A DNA stretch of 64,000 nt from an uncultured bacterium (lineage in GTDB: Bacteria > Fidelibacterota > UBA2242), in the NCBI GenBank assembly GCA_964588795.1, contig CAZPQN010000010.1, positions 1,148-65,147 on the forward strand, given 5' to 3'. Below the pieces are notes generated by a model. It searched no databases, had not been told where the DNA came from, and worked only from the letters and a program-made list of their open reading frames with translations. Shown here in pieces: positions 54,980 through 64,000 of this stretch. The first letter of the stretch is position 1; every line of letters begins with the position of its first letter. The position numbers and the translations under genes were made by a program.

Positions 54980-56677
54980 ATGGTACAACCAAGCAAAGAA
55001 CCGGTCAGCGAAAATCCCTGCGAGTTCGTAGATGATCCGCAACTGCGGGCCAAGATTGCATCCGCAGTGCCCGAGATCCAGCAGTATATTGCCAATTTAT
55101 GTAAGCGGGTGCGGGATTTAGCCAAAATCGGTGCCGCGCTGTCCGCCGAGCACAATTTGCCCAAGCTTTTACAGATGATTTTGGAAGAAGCCCGCTATTT
55201 CACCAATGCCGACGGCGGAACATTGTATATGATGGACGAAGATGGACACGCGCTGAAGTTCGAGATTGTCCAGACAGATTCACTCAATATTCGAATGGGG
55301 GGGACTTCAGGTAATCCCATCAACTGGTATCCTGTGCGACTTTACTTACAGGATGGCCAGCCCAATCATGCCATGGTTTCGGCGCATGTCGGCTTGACGG
55401 GTGAGGTAATCAATATTCCCGACGTTTATGATGTCGAGGGTTTCGATTTCACCGGCACCCGCGCCTTTGACAACAAAACCGGCTACCGATCCAAATCAAT
55501 GTTGGTCGTACCCATGCGTAACCACGAAGACGAAATCATCGGCGTGGTGCAGCTCATCAACTCCCAGGATCCGGTAACCCGTGAGGTAGTGCCTTTTTCG
55601 CAGTCTGACCAGAACCTGATAATCTCACTAGCGTCGCAGGCGGCGGTCGCGATTACCAATACCAAGCTGATCCACGATCTGGAAAATTTATTTGAATCGT
55701 TCATCCAGGTGATTGCCTCGGCGATAGACGAAAAATCGCCCTACACCGGTGGCCATATCGAACGGGTGGCGGAGCTGACGATGCTCATTGCTCACAAACT
55801 AAACGACGTAAACTACGGTAAATACGCGGACTTTCTGCTGACGGAAGACCAGTTGAAGGAATTACGGATTGCCGCCTGGATGCACGATATTGGCAAAATT
55901 ACCACTCCCGAATATGTCGTTGACAAATCGACCAAGCTGGCAACGATATACGACCGGATCAATACCGTTCAGGCCCGGTTTGAAATCCTCAAGCGCGAAA
56001 CAAAACTGCGCCTTTTGGAGCAATACTGCCGGCCGGGAGCCGCACCGTTAAATGATACCGTCAACGAGGAATATGAGCGCGTCGCCCGGCAGATTGACGA
56101 CGATTGGGAATTCGTCAGGGTCGCGAATGTCGGGGGCGAATTCATGGCGCCGGAAAAACAGGAACGGATACGTCAAATTGCCGCCCATTCTTACCAACTT
56201 AACGGTCAGGATCAGTCACTCCTTTCGGAAGAGGAGGTTAAAAATCTCTGTATTGCCCGCGGAACGCTGAGTGATGAGGAACGCCAGATCATCAATAACC
56301 ACGTCGTCGTAACGATTAAAATGTTGGAAAAACTGCCCTATCCCAAAAAACTGCGCCGGGTGCCGGAATTCGCTGGCGGACACCATGAAAAATTGGATGG
56401 CACCGGTTATCCCAACGGCCTGAATGAAGAGCAGCTTTCGGTGCAGGCGCGGATTTTGGCTTTGGCGGATATTTTCGAGGCGCTGACGGCCAGGGATCGC
56501 CCTTACAAAAAAGCCAAATCGCTGGCGGAATCCATGAAAATCATGGGCTTTATGGCGAAGGACAAACACATTGATCCGGAAATCTTCAAGGTGTTTGTGC
56601 AGGAAAAAATCTACCTTGAATATGCCCGGAAATACATGGATCCCGCCCAGATAGACGAAGTCAATCTGCCAGTCTGA
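54980..56677 (+). CDS. GAF-domain HD-GYP phosphodiesterase (c-di-GMP signalling)
   Basis: N-terminal GAF domain, then HD ('WMHDIGK') and 'GGHHEKLDGTGYPNGL' HD-GYP motifs. Confidence 0.85.
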   Translation: MVQPSKEPVSENPCEFVDDPQLRAKIASAVPEIQQYIANLCKRVRDLAKIGAALSAEHNLPKLLQMILEEARYFTNADGGTLYMMDEDGHALKFEIVQTDSLNIRMGGTSGNPINWYPVRLYLQDGQPNHAMVSAHVGLTGEVINIPDVYDVEGFDFTGTRAFDNKTGYRSKSMLVVPMRNHEDEIIGVVQLINSQDPVTREVVPFSQSDQNLIISLASQAAVAITNTKLIHDLENLFESFIQVIASAIDEKSPYTGGHIERVAELTMLIAHKLNDVNYGKYADFLLTEDQLKELRIAAWMHDIGKITTPEYVVDKSTKLATIYDRINTVQARFEILKRETKLRLLEQYCRPGAAPLNDTVNEEYERVARQIDDDWEFVRVANVGGEFMAPEKQERIRQIAAHSYQLNGQDQSLLSEEEVKNLCIARGTLSDEERQIINNHVVVTIKMLEKLPYPKKLRRVPEFAGGHHEKLDGTGYPNGLNEEQLSVQARILALADIFEALTARDRPYKKAKSLAESMKIMGFMAKDKHIDPEIFKVFVQEKIYLEYARKYMDPAQIDEVNLPV

Positions 56678-56708
56678 AAACTCCCATTTTGCAGGAAAAC
56701 CTTCTCTC

Positions 56709-58115
56709 ATGCCTCCTGTGAAAAGAAATGCCGTAGTCGAGCTGACCATCACCGATCTGGCTTACGGGGGCAAGGGACTCGCCCGTCTGGGTGATTATTT
56801 GTTATTTGCCCCTGATTGCCCGGTGCCGGGACGCCGGATTTTGGCGCAGGTGACCAAAGCCCGCACTGCCTGGGCTGAGGTGAAAACGAGAAGTATCCTG
56901 GAGCGCAGTCCGCAGGAAATCCCCGCTCCCTGCCCGTATTTTGCGCATTGCGGCGGCTGTCGTCATCAGAATTTGCCCTACACTCTCCAACTGGAATATT
57001 TTCAGCGGCAGGTGCGCGATCTGTATCATCATTTGGGCGGCTTTGCTAAGGTAGTAATCGAACCGATTATCCCCGCAGTGCAGCTCTGGCACTATCGCAA
57101 CAAAATGGAATTTGCGTTTTCCAATAGGTGCTGGCGCACTCCCGCTGATCCTGCCGACCAGCGCCCCGATTTCGCGTTGGGGTTACGGGTGCCCGGTAAT
57201 TTTTACAAAGCCCTCGACCTCGCCGATTGCCTGATCGCCCCGCCGGCCACCCGATCAATCCTCGATACGGTGCGCAATTTTGCCACGGCCCAGGCGCTCG
57301 CCCCCTACGACGCTAAAAAACACACCGGCTTCCTGAGGCATTTGGTGATTCGGCACAGCATTCGTTCGGATCAGTACCTGATCAATATCGTGACCAATGC
57401 AGATGAGCCGGAAATGCTGCGGGATTTAATGGAGCCGTTGCTCGCCGTGGTTCCGCATATCGTCGCGGTGGTCAATGCCGTAACCGATAACGTTTCGGGA
57501 TTGGCCAGCGGGCGAAAAATAAATGCGCTTTATGGCGAAACCCACATCTACGAGCGACTCGGTGAGTTAACCTTCAAAATTTCTCCAGCTTCCTTTTTCC
57601 AGACCAATACCCTGATGGCGGAACGGCTGTACCAGATTGTGGAGGAGTACGTCGCTGAAGGTTCCCGCCGGGTGATCTGGGATCTGTACTGCGGAACCGG
57701 CAGTATCGCGCTTTACCTGGCACGCCAGGCCGAGGAGGTAATTGGTTTCGAAATCTCGCCCGCCGCTGTGGCCGATGCCCGGGAAAACGTGGACCTGAAC
57801 AAAATAAACAACGTACGTTTCATTGAGGGCGACCTGAATACGCTGTTTACTGATGATCCCCAATTACTGGCTCAACTGCCGGCGCCTGACCTGGTAATCC
57901 TCGATCCGCCCCGCGATGGTCTGCATCCGCAACTCCTGCCAGTTCTGGCGAAGGTAGCCGCCGAGCGTCTGATTTACGTTTCCTGCAATCCGGCGACCCA
58001 GGTGCGCGATCTGAAAACCTTGATCGCATCCGGTTATATTATCCGACGCGTACAACCCGTAGACCTTTTTCCGCAGACACCGCATATTGAAGTGATCACC
58101 CTGCTGACCCGCTAA
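56709..58115 (+). CDS. rlmD: 23S rRNA (uracil-C5)-methyltransferase RlmD/RumA family
   Basis: TRAM domain, Fe-S cysteines (CPYFAHCGGCRHQ) and a class-I SAM MTase with 'DPPRDG'. Confidence 0.85.
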   Translation: MPPVKRNAVVELTITDLAYGGKGLARLGDYLLFAPDCPVPGRRILAQVTKARTAWAEVKTRSILERSPQEIPAPCPYFAHCGGCRHQNLPYTLQLEYFQRQVRDLYHHLGGFAKVVIEPIIPAVQLWHYRNKMEFAFSNRCWRTPADPADQRPDFALGLRVPGNFYKALDLADCLIAPPATRSILDTVRNFATAQALAPYDAKKHTGFLRHLVIRHSIRSDQYLINIVTNADEPEMLRDLMEPLLAVVPHIVAVVNAVTDNVSGLASGRKINALYGETHIYERLGELTFKISPASFFQTNTLMAERLYQIVEEYVAEGSRRVIWDLYCGTGSIALYLARQAEEVIGFEISPAAVADARENVDLNKINNVRFIEGDLNTLFTDDPQLLAQLPAPDLVILDPPRDGLHPQLLPVLAKVAAERLIYVSCNPATQVRDLKTLIASGYIIRRVQPVDLFPQTPHIEVITLLTR

Positions 58116-58244
58116 AGAAATCGGATTTGATTCCCTGATCGTAAAAAAAAGTAAGTCATAACCTGCTCTAAATGCCTGTTCGCATAACGCCCCGATTGCT
58201 TTAAATTACCAGTCCAATTATGAACGGCACGTGGAGGCAAACCT

Positions 58245-60527
58245 ATGCTTCGTCTCGGTGAATGGATCTTAAAATGGCGTTTCTGGCTCAGTCTCCTGAT
58301 CGGGCTGGTGACGCTGTTGGCGCTTACCCAGTTACCCAAACTGCGCACCGAAGACGACGAGAATACCTGGTTTACACAACAGGATCCCGTGCTGGCGACC
58401 TTCAAACGCTTTCGGGAAAATTTTCCCCATACCGGTAATGTGATCGTCGCCTATCGTTGCTCCACGCCGCTGGATTCTGCGGAGCTGATTTACCTGAACC
58501 AGTTAGGGGGAAAACTGCAGGCCGCGCCTTTTGTAACGCAGGTGCTCAGTCTGTTGACGGTCGAGGATATTGTCGGTTCACCGGAAGGCCTGTCTGTCGA
58601 ACCGCTCATCGGCCAGACCAATTTGACGGAAAGTGACCGGCTGATGATTCAACAACGCATCACCCGCAATCCTTTCATCAGCGGCAACCTGCTTGCGCAC
58701 CACGGTGAGGTGTTGGCGCTGTTGCTGGAAATTGATTTGCCCGAAGATTCGACCCAAACCAACGTTGCGCGCTACATTGAGCTCAGCCGCACCCTAAAAA
58801 CGCTCTTGGATACGGAAACCCGGCGTACCGGACGGCAATTTCATTTCAGCGGGGAACAGATTTTGGATGGTGAGCTGAATGCCATCATCGAACATGATAT
58901 TGCCGTGTTTTTTCCGCTATCACTGTTAATTTCGGGCGCGGTTGTTTTTCTGCTGTTTCGCAACTGGCGGGTCGTCGTGACGGCGCTGGCAACAGTAGTG
59001 GTGGCGCTCCTCTGGACTTTGGGACTGAAAGGCTTTGCCGATATCCCCATTTCGCCGGTGTCCTCGACCCTGTTTGCCCTGATCAATATTATCGGTCTGG
59101 CAAACTCGATCCATCTCATCAGCCAGTTCCGGATAGAAATGACGCGGCATACCGAGAGACGCGGGGCAATTCTGCAAGCCTTGGTCAAAGCCGGTCGCCC
59201 CTGCTTTTTTACTTCCTTCACGACGGCGGTGGGATTTGGGTCGCTGGCGATCAGTCGCATCCCGGCGATTAAAAATCTTGGTCTGTTTGCCGGTTTTGGC
59301 ATCATGGTCGCCTATCTGTTGGCCTTAATATTGGTTCCGACGCTTCTAATGAGCACGCACTTAAATCTGACCGGTAAAAAGCAGAGCAACATGACATCCA
59401 TGCAAAAAGTGCTTGACCGAATTGCCAACTGGAATCTACGTTTTCCACGGCTGATCCTGTTGAGTGCGACTGTTTTGACGGTGCTGATGGCGATGGGCCT
59501 GCCGCGTATTCAGACCGAGGCCTCAATGCTGGAATACCTGAAAAAATCCAACCGACTGTATCAGGATACACGCTTTTTGGATCAATGGCTGACCGGCGCT
59601 TCCAGCCTCGAAATCGTCTTGTCCGGCGCTGAAGACACTTTCAAGGAACCGGCAGTTCTCCGACAAATCGATTCCATTCAACAGGCACTGGCTCCTGATC
59701 CGGCGGTTGCCGCCACTTACTCCGTTGTGGATTATCTGAAACTGATCAACCGGGCGCTGAACGCCGATCACCCGGAAGCATATCGCATCCCTGATTCACG
59801 CTCAGCGGTGGCGCAGGCGTTCCTGCTCTATGAAATTTCCGGCGGCGAAGAAACCGCCGACTTCGTGACGGCCGACTATGCCACGGCACGCCTTTCGATT
59901 CGCACCCGCCAGATGAACGCCAACCTGCGCCAGGGTTTGCTGAACCGCATTGAGCATTTGATGCGAAAATACGCGCCAGACATCAAATATGAAGTGACGG
60001 GCGTGGATTTTTTAGTCAACGCTGTCACCCACCAGATTATCCGTACGCAGATCGAGAGTTTAGGAATGGCCTTGATTGTCATCCTGGCACTGATGATAGC
60101 GCAATTCGGCTGGCGGGGTGGACTTATCAGTGTTCTGCCCAATATCTTTCCGATCGTCATGACTTTGGGTTTAATGGGTTATGGCAACTTTCATCTGAAC
60201 ATGGCAACGGCGATCATTGCCTCCATTGCAATCGGCATGGTCGTCGATGATACGATCCACTACTTTTCGCACTTCAAAACCGACTTTGTGGTGAGCGGCG
60301 CACGTCAGGTCGCGATGCGTAGTGCGCTCCTGGAAGTCGGCCCCGCCCTGATTTTCACGTCCGGGGTGCTTGTGCTCGGATTTGCGGTCAACCTGCTGTC
60401 GCAAACACGCATTCTGCGCGATTTCGGGATCCTGTCCGGGGTAGCGATTGTAACGGCTTTGCTGGGAGACCTGTTTATCGGACCAGTCCTGCTCAGCCGG
60501 TGGGAAGTGTTCCGCAGAAGAAAGTAA
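58245..60527 (+). CDS. MMPL/RND-superfamily exporter (HpnN-like)
   Basis: 760 aa with two 6-TM bundles and two periplasmic loops. MMPL-type SSD motifs. Confidence 0.7.
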   Translation: MLRLGEWILKWRFWLSLLIGLVTLLALTQLPKLRTEDDENTWFTQQDPVLATFKRFRENFPHTGNVIVAYRCSTPLDSAELIYLNQLGGKLQAAPFVTQVLSLLTVEDIVGSPEGLSVEPLIGQTNLTESDRLMIQQRITRNPFISGNLLAHHGEVLALLLEIDLPEDSTQTNVARYIELSRTLKTLLDTETRRTGRQFHFSGEQILDGELNAIIEHDIAVFFPLSLLISGAVVFLLFRNWRVVVTALATVVVALLWTLGLKGFADIPISPVSSTLFALINIIGLANSIHLISQFRIEMTRHTERRGAILQALVKAGRPCFFTSFTTAVGFGSLAISRIPAIKNLGLFAGFGIMVAYLLALILVPTLLMSTHLNLTGKKQSNMTSMQKVLDRIANWNLRFPRLILLSATVLTVLMAMGLPRIQTEASMLEYLKKSNRLYQDTRFLDQWLTGASSLEIVLSGAEDTFKEPAVLRQIDSIQQALAPDPAVAATYSVVDYLKLINRALNADHPEAYRIPDSRSAVAQAFLLYEISGGEETADFVTADYATARLSIRTRQMNANLRQGLLNRIEHLMRKYAPDIKYEVTGVDFLVNAVTHQIIRTQIESLGMALIVILALMIAQFGWRGGLISVLPNIFPIVMTLGLMGYGNFHLNMATAIIASIAIGMVVDDTIHYFSHFKTDFVVSGARQVAMRSALLEVGPALIFTSGVLVLGFAVNLLSQTRILRDFGILSGVAIVTALLGDLFIGPVLLSRWEVFRRRK

Positions 60528-60546
60528 TTGCTACACCTTAAAAGGG

Positions 60547-61659
60547 TTAGAATAATTCTGTCACCATTTCCGCGATTGCCGGCGCGGAGGTCAGTCCCGG
60601 GGAATCGATGCCAATGAGATTGATGAATCCCGGCAAGCCCCTGTCGCTTTCCTCGCGGATGACGAAGTCGCGGAACTTGTCACCCGGACCTTGCAATTTG
60701 GCGCGGATGCCCGCCATTTCCGGTGACAAATCACCGGGTTCGATGAATGGCAGGAAAGGATGCACGCTTTCCCAGAAAGCCGGCGCGTGGGCGGGATTGA
60801 CATCGTAGGTCAGCTCGGTGACGTAAAATGCGTTCGGTCCCAAAGCCAGCGTGCCGTCCAGGCGCAGACGGGTATGGATGCCCAGGCTGATGGCGGTCGG
60901 CGTCGGATAGATCAGGTGACTCAGGCGTCCGGCGTGACGATTGGCGACGTTGAAATATTCGCCTTTGCAGGGATGCAGGCGGTAGTTATGATGGTCAGGG
61001 TCGATGCCTGCCAGGGTGGCAATTTTGTCGGCGTGTAATCCGGCGGCATTGATAACAACCTTGGTGCCGATGTCGAATTCCTCGTCATACGGAGTGGCAA
61101 TGGTCAGTTTATAACCGGCGGACTCGCGGGCGATCGCTACGACCCGGCTGTTGTAGGCGATGGTCACGCCGTGCGCCTCGGCCTGCATTTCATAAAAACG
61201 CATTAGCTGATGGGCGTCAAGCAGGCCGGTTGCGGGGCTGTAGAGAGCCACCTGGGCTGTGACTTCCGGTTCCAATTGGTGGATGCGGGACTGATCGATG
61301 AGTTCCAGACCGGGGACGCCATTGGCCAGCCCCTGGCGGTAAAGTTCCTCGATGTGCTGGATTTCTTCGGGATGCGTGCCGACGATCAGTTTGCCGCATT
61401 TGCGATGGGGAATTTGATATTGTTCGCACAATTGATAGAGCAGGTGATTGCCGCGCACGCACAACCGCGCCTTAAGCGAATCGGTCGGGTAGTACATGCC
61501 GGCATGAATGACTTCGCTGTTGCGCGAGGAGGTCTCTTCGCCGAAGTGGGGATGCTGTTCCGCAAGCACGATTTCGCCCCGCCGGGCGGCAGACAGGCGT
61601 TCGGCAATTGCCAGCCCGACTACACCCGCGCCGATTACCACAATATCAACCTGTTCCAA
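60547..61659 (-). CDS. lhgO: FAD-dependent L-2-hydroxyglutarate oxidase/dehydrogenase-like oxidoreductase
   Basis: 'DIVVIGAGVVGLAIA' FAD-binding fold and 'NSEVIHAGMYYPTDSLKARLC' LhgO-like region. Confidence 0.7.
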   Translation of the reverse strand: MEQVDIVVIGAGVVGLAIAERLSAARRGEIVLAEQHPHFGEETSSRNSEVIHAGMYYPTDSLKARLCVRGNHLLYQLCEQYQIPHRKCGKLIVGTHPEEIQHIEELYRQGLANGVPGLELIDQSRIHQLEPEVTAQVALYSPATGLLDAHQLMRFYEMQAEAHGVTIAYNSRVVAIARESAGYKLTIATPYDEEFDIGTKVVINAAGLHADKIATLAGIDPDHHNYRLHPCKGEYFNVANRHAGRLSHLIYPTPTAISLGIHTRLRLDGTLALGPNAFYVTELTYDVNPAHAPAFWESVHPFLPFIEPGDLSPEMAGIRAKLQGPGDKFRDFVIREESDRGLPGFINLIGIDSPGLTSAPAIAEMVTELF

Positions 61660-61935
61660 AATCTCACCTCATACTTTATTGGAAAATTAATTAAATGATG
61701 CCTTAATCCCAACACCGGGAATTATGTTAATGCAATATTTGAGTAATAGATCTCGATCCATTATAGTTCTTGGACAAGGAGTTGGCAGGTATTATATTCA
61801 TGCGCAATGTTACGGTAACCATTCCATTGATGGAAAGGGTTTTTTCTTATTTAAAGTTTTAAAGTCAAGTCAGTAATCGAAAAAAAGTTACCGGATGGAG
61901 AGATCGGGAAGTCACAATACAACAGCGGAGGATGT

Positions 61936-62325
61936 ATGAAACCATTGGCGTTTTTTTTAATGTTGCTTGGATGTCTGGTATTGATGGGTTGCGCGACTCT
62001 GCCAACCGTAACCAACGTGGTTACGGCGCCGGATGCGGAGAAAATCGCCTATGCCCGGCAGAATTTCACTTACAGTCTGGCGCATAAACAGTGGGCGATG
62101 ATTGAGGAGGGCGGCGGGAAGACGGTCAAATCCCTGGCCAAGCCCAAGAATGCTCCTGAAGCCCTGAAGAAAGTGAAAAAGGTGGCGATCGTAGCGTTTG
62201 ACGTGACCGTCTATCGCAAGGGCGAAAAGCGCCAGGTCCAAGGGGGATTAGTTGGCGGTGTAGTGGCTTTGGCGGAAACCTTTGACGAGTTGGCCCGGGT
62301 CAAGAAGGAGATGGCGCCGCTCTAG
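61936..62325 (+). CDS. Lipoprotein, N-terminal segment (ends at an in-frame TAG)
   Basis: Lipobox LMGC. Its frame continues straight into the next ORF. Confidence 0.5.
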   Translation: MKPLAFFLMLLGCLVLMGCATLPTVTNVVTAPDAEKIAYARQNFTYSLAHKQWAMIEEGGGKTVKSLAKPKNAPEALKKVKKVAIVAFDVTVYRKGEKRQVQGGLVGGVVALAETFDELARVKKEMAPL

Positions 62326-62331
62326 GAGTTC

Positions 62332-62949
62332 GTGGATCAGATGTACGGCGAGCTCGGGAAAAGTTTTGAGAAGTACGGTTATACCGTCATGCCGGTCAAT
62401 AAAATTTTAGCCAGTGAGGCTTATAAAAAGCTGGCGTTTGAAGAGGAAGAGAAAAAGGTCAAAGGCGCCGCCGCCGGTTGGTGGAAGGGCATGATCGAGG
62501 CGCACGGCCTGAAGAACATCGAAGCCGTCAAAGTCACCCGTCTGCCGATCGGCTTTGGTAAGGCGAATACGGTGGACAAGGTCATCGAGAAAGTGACCGT
62601 GATGCAGAATTTGGCCAAAGGTCTGGGCGTGGATGCCGTCGTTTTGGTCGACAATACCGCGGCGCTTCAGTGGAATTTCACTGGTCAGGCGAAATTGGGC
62701 TATGGCCTCAAAGCCAAAACCGCTTCCGGGATTACCATTGACGTCTTCAGCGCGGCTGAGCCCCGGCTGATCTGGAGCGCTTCCCTCAAACCGGAAATCG
62801 GTTGTCCGACGGAGATCAAAGCCAGTCCGATTGATGCGATTATGAAATGGATCAGCCTCAGCTTGGACAAATTCGGACCGGATCTGGTCAAAACCTACAA
62901 GGATCTGGCTGACCTTGCCGTACTCAAACTGCAGGACGACACCAAGTAA
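62332..62949 (+). CDS. Hypothetical protein in the same frame as the upstream lipoprotein (GTG start 6 nt after the TAG)
   Basis: No signal peptide of its own. An AGGAG lies 3 nt upstream of the GTG. Could be the C-terminal half of a single 338-aa lipoprotein. Confidence 0.45.
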   Translation: MDQMYGELGKSFEKYGYTVMPVNKILASEAYKKLAFEEEEKKVKGAAAGWWKGMIEAHGLKNIEAVKVTRLPIGFGKANTVDKVIEKVTVMQNLAKGLGVDAVVLVDNTAALQWNFTGQAKLGYGLKAKTASGITIDVFSAAEPRLIWSASLKPEIGCPTEIKASPIDAIMKWISLSLDKFGPDLVKTYKDLADLAVLKLQDDTK

Positions 62950-62958
62950 TCGTCGGCG

Positions 62959-63459
62959 TCACCACTGTTCGTGGTGCACCGCCCGCGCGTCGTACTGCGT
63001 GCGCGGCTCCTTGCTTTCGGCAGGGTAACCGACGGCGACTAAGCTGAAAACCGCGATATTTTCGGGGAGGTGGAGCATTGCGCGCAGGAAATCGCTCGAC
63101 GGTTCGACGGGATGATAACCGATCCAGACGCCGCCCAGTCCCAGCGCCGGCAGGGACAGCAGGATATTTTCCGTCGCCGCGGCGCAGTCCTGATCCCAGC
63201 GTTGGATCGCTACCTGACGGTCGCCACAGACAGCCACTGCCAGCGGAGCCGTAAAGAGCATCTTGGCATAGGGATGCCGCTCGGCAATGGCGTTCAGACT
63301 CGGTCGGTTGCGGATGACGATAAAATGCCACGGCCTGCGATTGTGGGCGGAAGGCGCCGCCATGGCGGCTTTTAAAATGGCGTCAATTTTCTCCGGTTCC
63401 ACCGGCTGATCGGTGAACTGACGGATACTGCGGCGTCGGAATATGAAATCGAGATTCAT
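62959..63459 (-). CDS. Nitroreductase-family flavoprotein
   Basis: 'RRSIRQFTDQPVEPEKIDAILKAAMAAPSAHNRRPWHFIV' nitroreductase signature. Confidence 0.8.
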   Translation of the reverse strand: MNLDFIFRRRSIRQFTDQPVEPEKIDAILKAAMAAPSAHNRRPWHFIVIRNRPSLNAIAERHPYAKMLFTAPLAVAVCGDRQVAIQRWDQDCAAATENILLSLPALGLGGVWIGYHPVEPSSDFLRAMLHLPENIAVFSLVAVGYPAESKEPRTQYDARAVHHEQW

Positions 63460-63951
63460 TTAATGTCCCTGTCGTTTAAAATACCAGTGATTCCAGATGA
63501 AATAGATGGCAACGGCAATCGCCACAGTCGAGACGATGAAAACCGTCACGGTGACATTGGAAGTTACCCCAAAGAGTAAAAAGGAGCCGATCATCAGAAG
63601 CGGGTGCAGAAAAAGCCAGGCAAACTGCATTTCCAGCAGAATGATCACGAAAAACAACGATAGCAGGGAAAACAATCCGGTGATCAGTACAATGCGGTAG
63701 CGCTGTGCTACGGTATCCTTGCTGGCGGGCAGTTTAGTCACCAGCTCCGGCGCTGTTTTGATATGCCGGCGACAGTACCAGAGATCTTTATCTATCACAT
63801 AGGGCACCACCTGGAACTTGTACTGCCAGAGGGTTTTGACCGGCTGGGTGTCGAAGCGCCCGCACACCGCACACGGCGGACGGTTGGCGTAGGGCTTGAT
63901 TAACAGCCAGGTGACCGTGCCGATGAGTATGAACAGCAGAAAGATGATCAT
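63460..63951 (-). CDS. Membrane protein with a cytoplasmic CxxC...C..H zinc-ribbon-like loop
   Basis: Four or more hydrophobic helices. The 'CAVCG...YCRRH' segment lies between helices. Translationally coupled to the nitroreductase gene. Confidence 0.4.
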   Translation of the reverse strand: MIIFLLFILIGTVTWLLIKPYANRPPCAVCGRFDTQPVKTLWQYKFQVVPYVIDKDLWYCRRHIKTAPELVTKLPASKDTVAQRYRIVLITGLFSLLSLFFVIILLEMQFAWLFLHPLLMIGSFLLFGVTSNVTVTVFIVSTVAIAVAIYFIWNHWYFKRQGH

Positions 63952-64000
63952 GGTTACCTGCTGATTATTTTTCTGGCGAAAAGCCTGTACGAATTTTGTT

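Noticed and set aside
61830-61860. Palindrome TTCCAT-TG-ATGGAA followed by a T-run upstream of the lipoprotein gene
   Set aside because: A 6-bp stem is too short and AT-rich to call a terminator or operator with any confidence. Noted only.
62323-62325. TAG read as a sense codon (genetic-code reassignment)
   Set aside because: TAG terminates recG (18007-18009) and the caspase gene (28772-28774) at positions consistent with full-length homologs, so it functions as a stop here. The in-frame TAG in the lipoprotein is reported instead as a possible pseudogene, split gene or read-through.
1-64000. CRISPR arrays, IS elements/transposases, integrases, prophage genes
   Set aside because: I scanned for regularly spaced direct repeats, DDE/serine/tyrosine recombinase motifs and phage structural genes and found none. 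The only repeats found are the two short direct repeats at 24819-24868.

Overview
This 64 kb window is a densely coded segment of a GC-rich bacterial chromosome with no visible mobile elements. No CRISPR array, IS element, integrase or rRNA gene was seen. I called about 55 protein-coding genes, one tRNA-Gln(UUG) and two clear intrinsic terminators.

Housekeeping content:
- A prs-ctc-pth cluster followed by rpsF-rpsR-rplI and priA.
- valS, recG, rarA and a beta-CASP MBL RNase.
- A complete minimal V/A-type ATPase operon (E, DUF2764, A, B, D, I, K).
- A lipid A lpxB-lpxK operon, plus ackA, rlmD, an MMPL exporter and lhgO.

The protein families present point to an FCB-superphylum organism. These include a PorV/PorQ-like protein, DUF2764 inside the V-ATPase operon, DUF5020, DUF4835, DUF2723 and DUF4139/4140. 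Shine-Dalgarno sites are used, so it is probably not Bacteroidia. This placement is inference.

Candidates for the undescribed system, most promising first:
- A four-gene operon of exported proteins at 23.3-29.7 kb, the top candidate: an LPP20-like protein, a coiled-coil lipoprotein, a 1065-aa signal-peptide/WD40/CARDB-like/C-terminal caspase (peptidase C14) protein, and a DUF4384 partner.
- A translationally coupled RCK-type K+ channel and stand-alone cyclic-nucleotide-binding protein.
- A GnnA-like oxidoreductase and LmtA-like ICMT methyltransferase co-operonic with lpxB-lpxK, suggesting modified lipid A.
- A small basic protein built from two repeats, flanked by a promoter-like element and a clean terminator.
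- A lipoprotein gene interrupted by an in-frame TAG.

All calls rest on motif and family recognition by eye, with no database searches. Start codons are approximate where noted.
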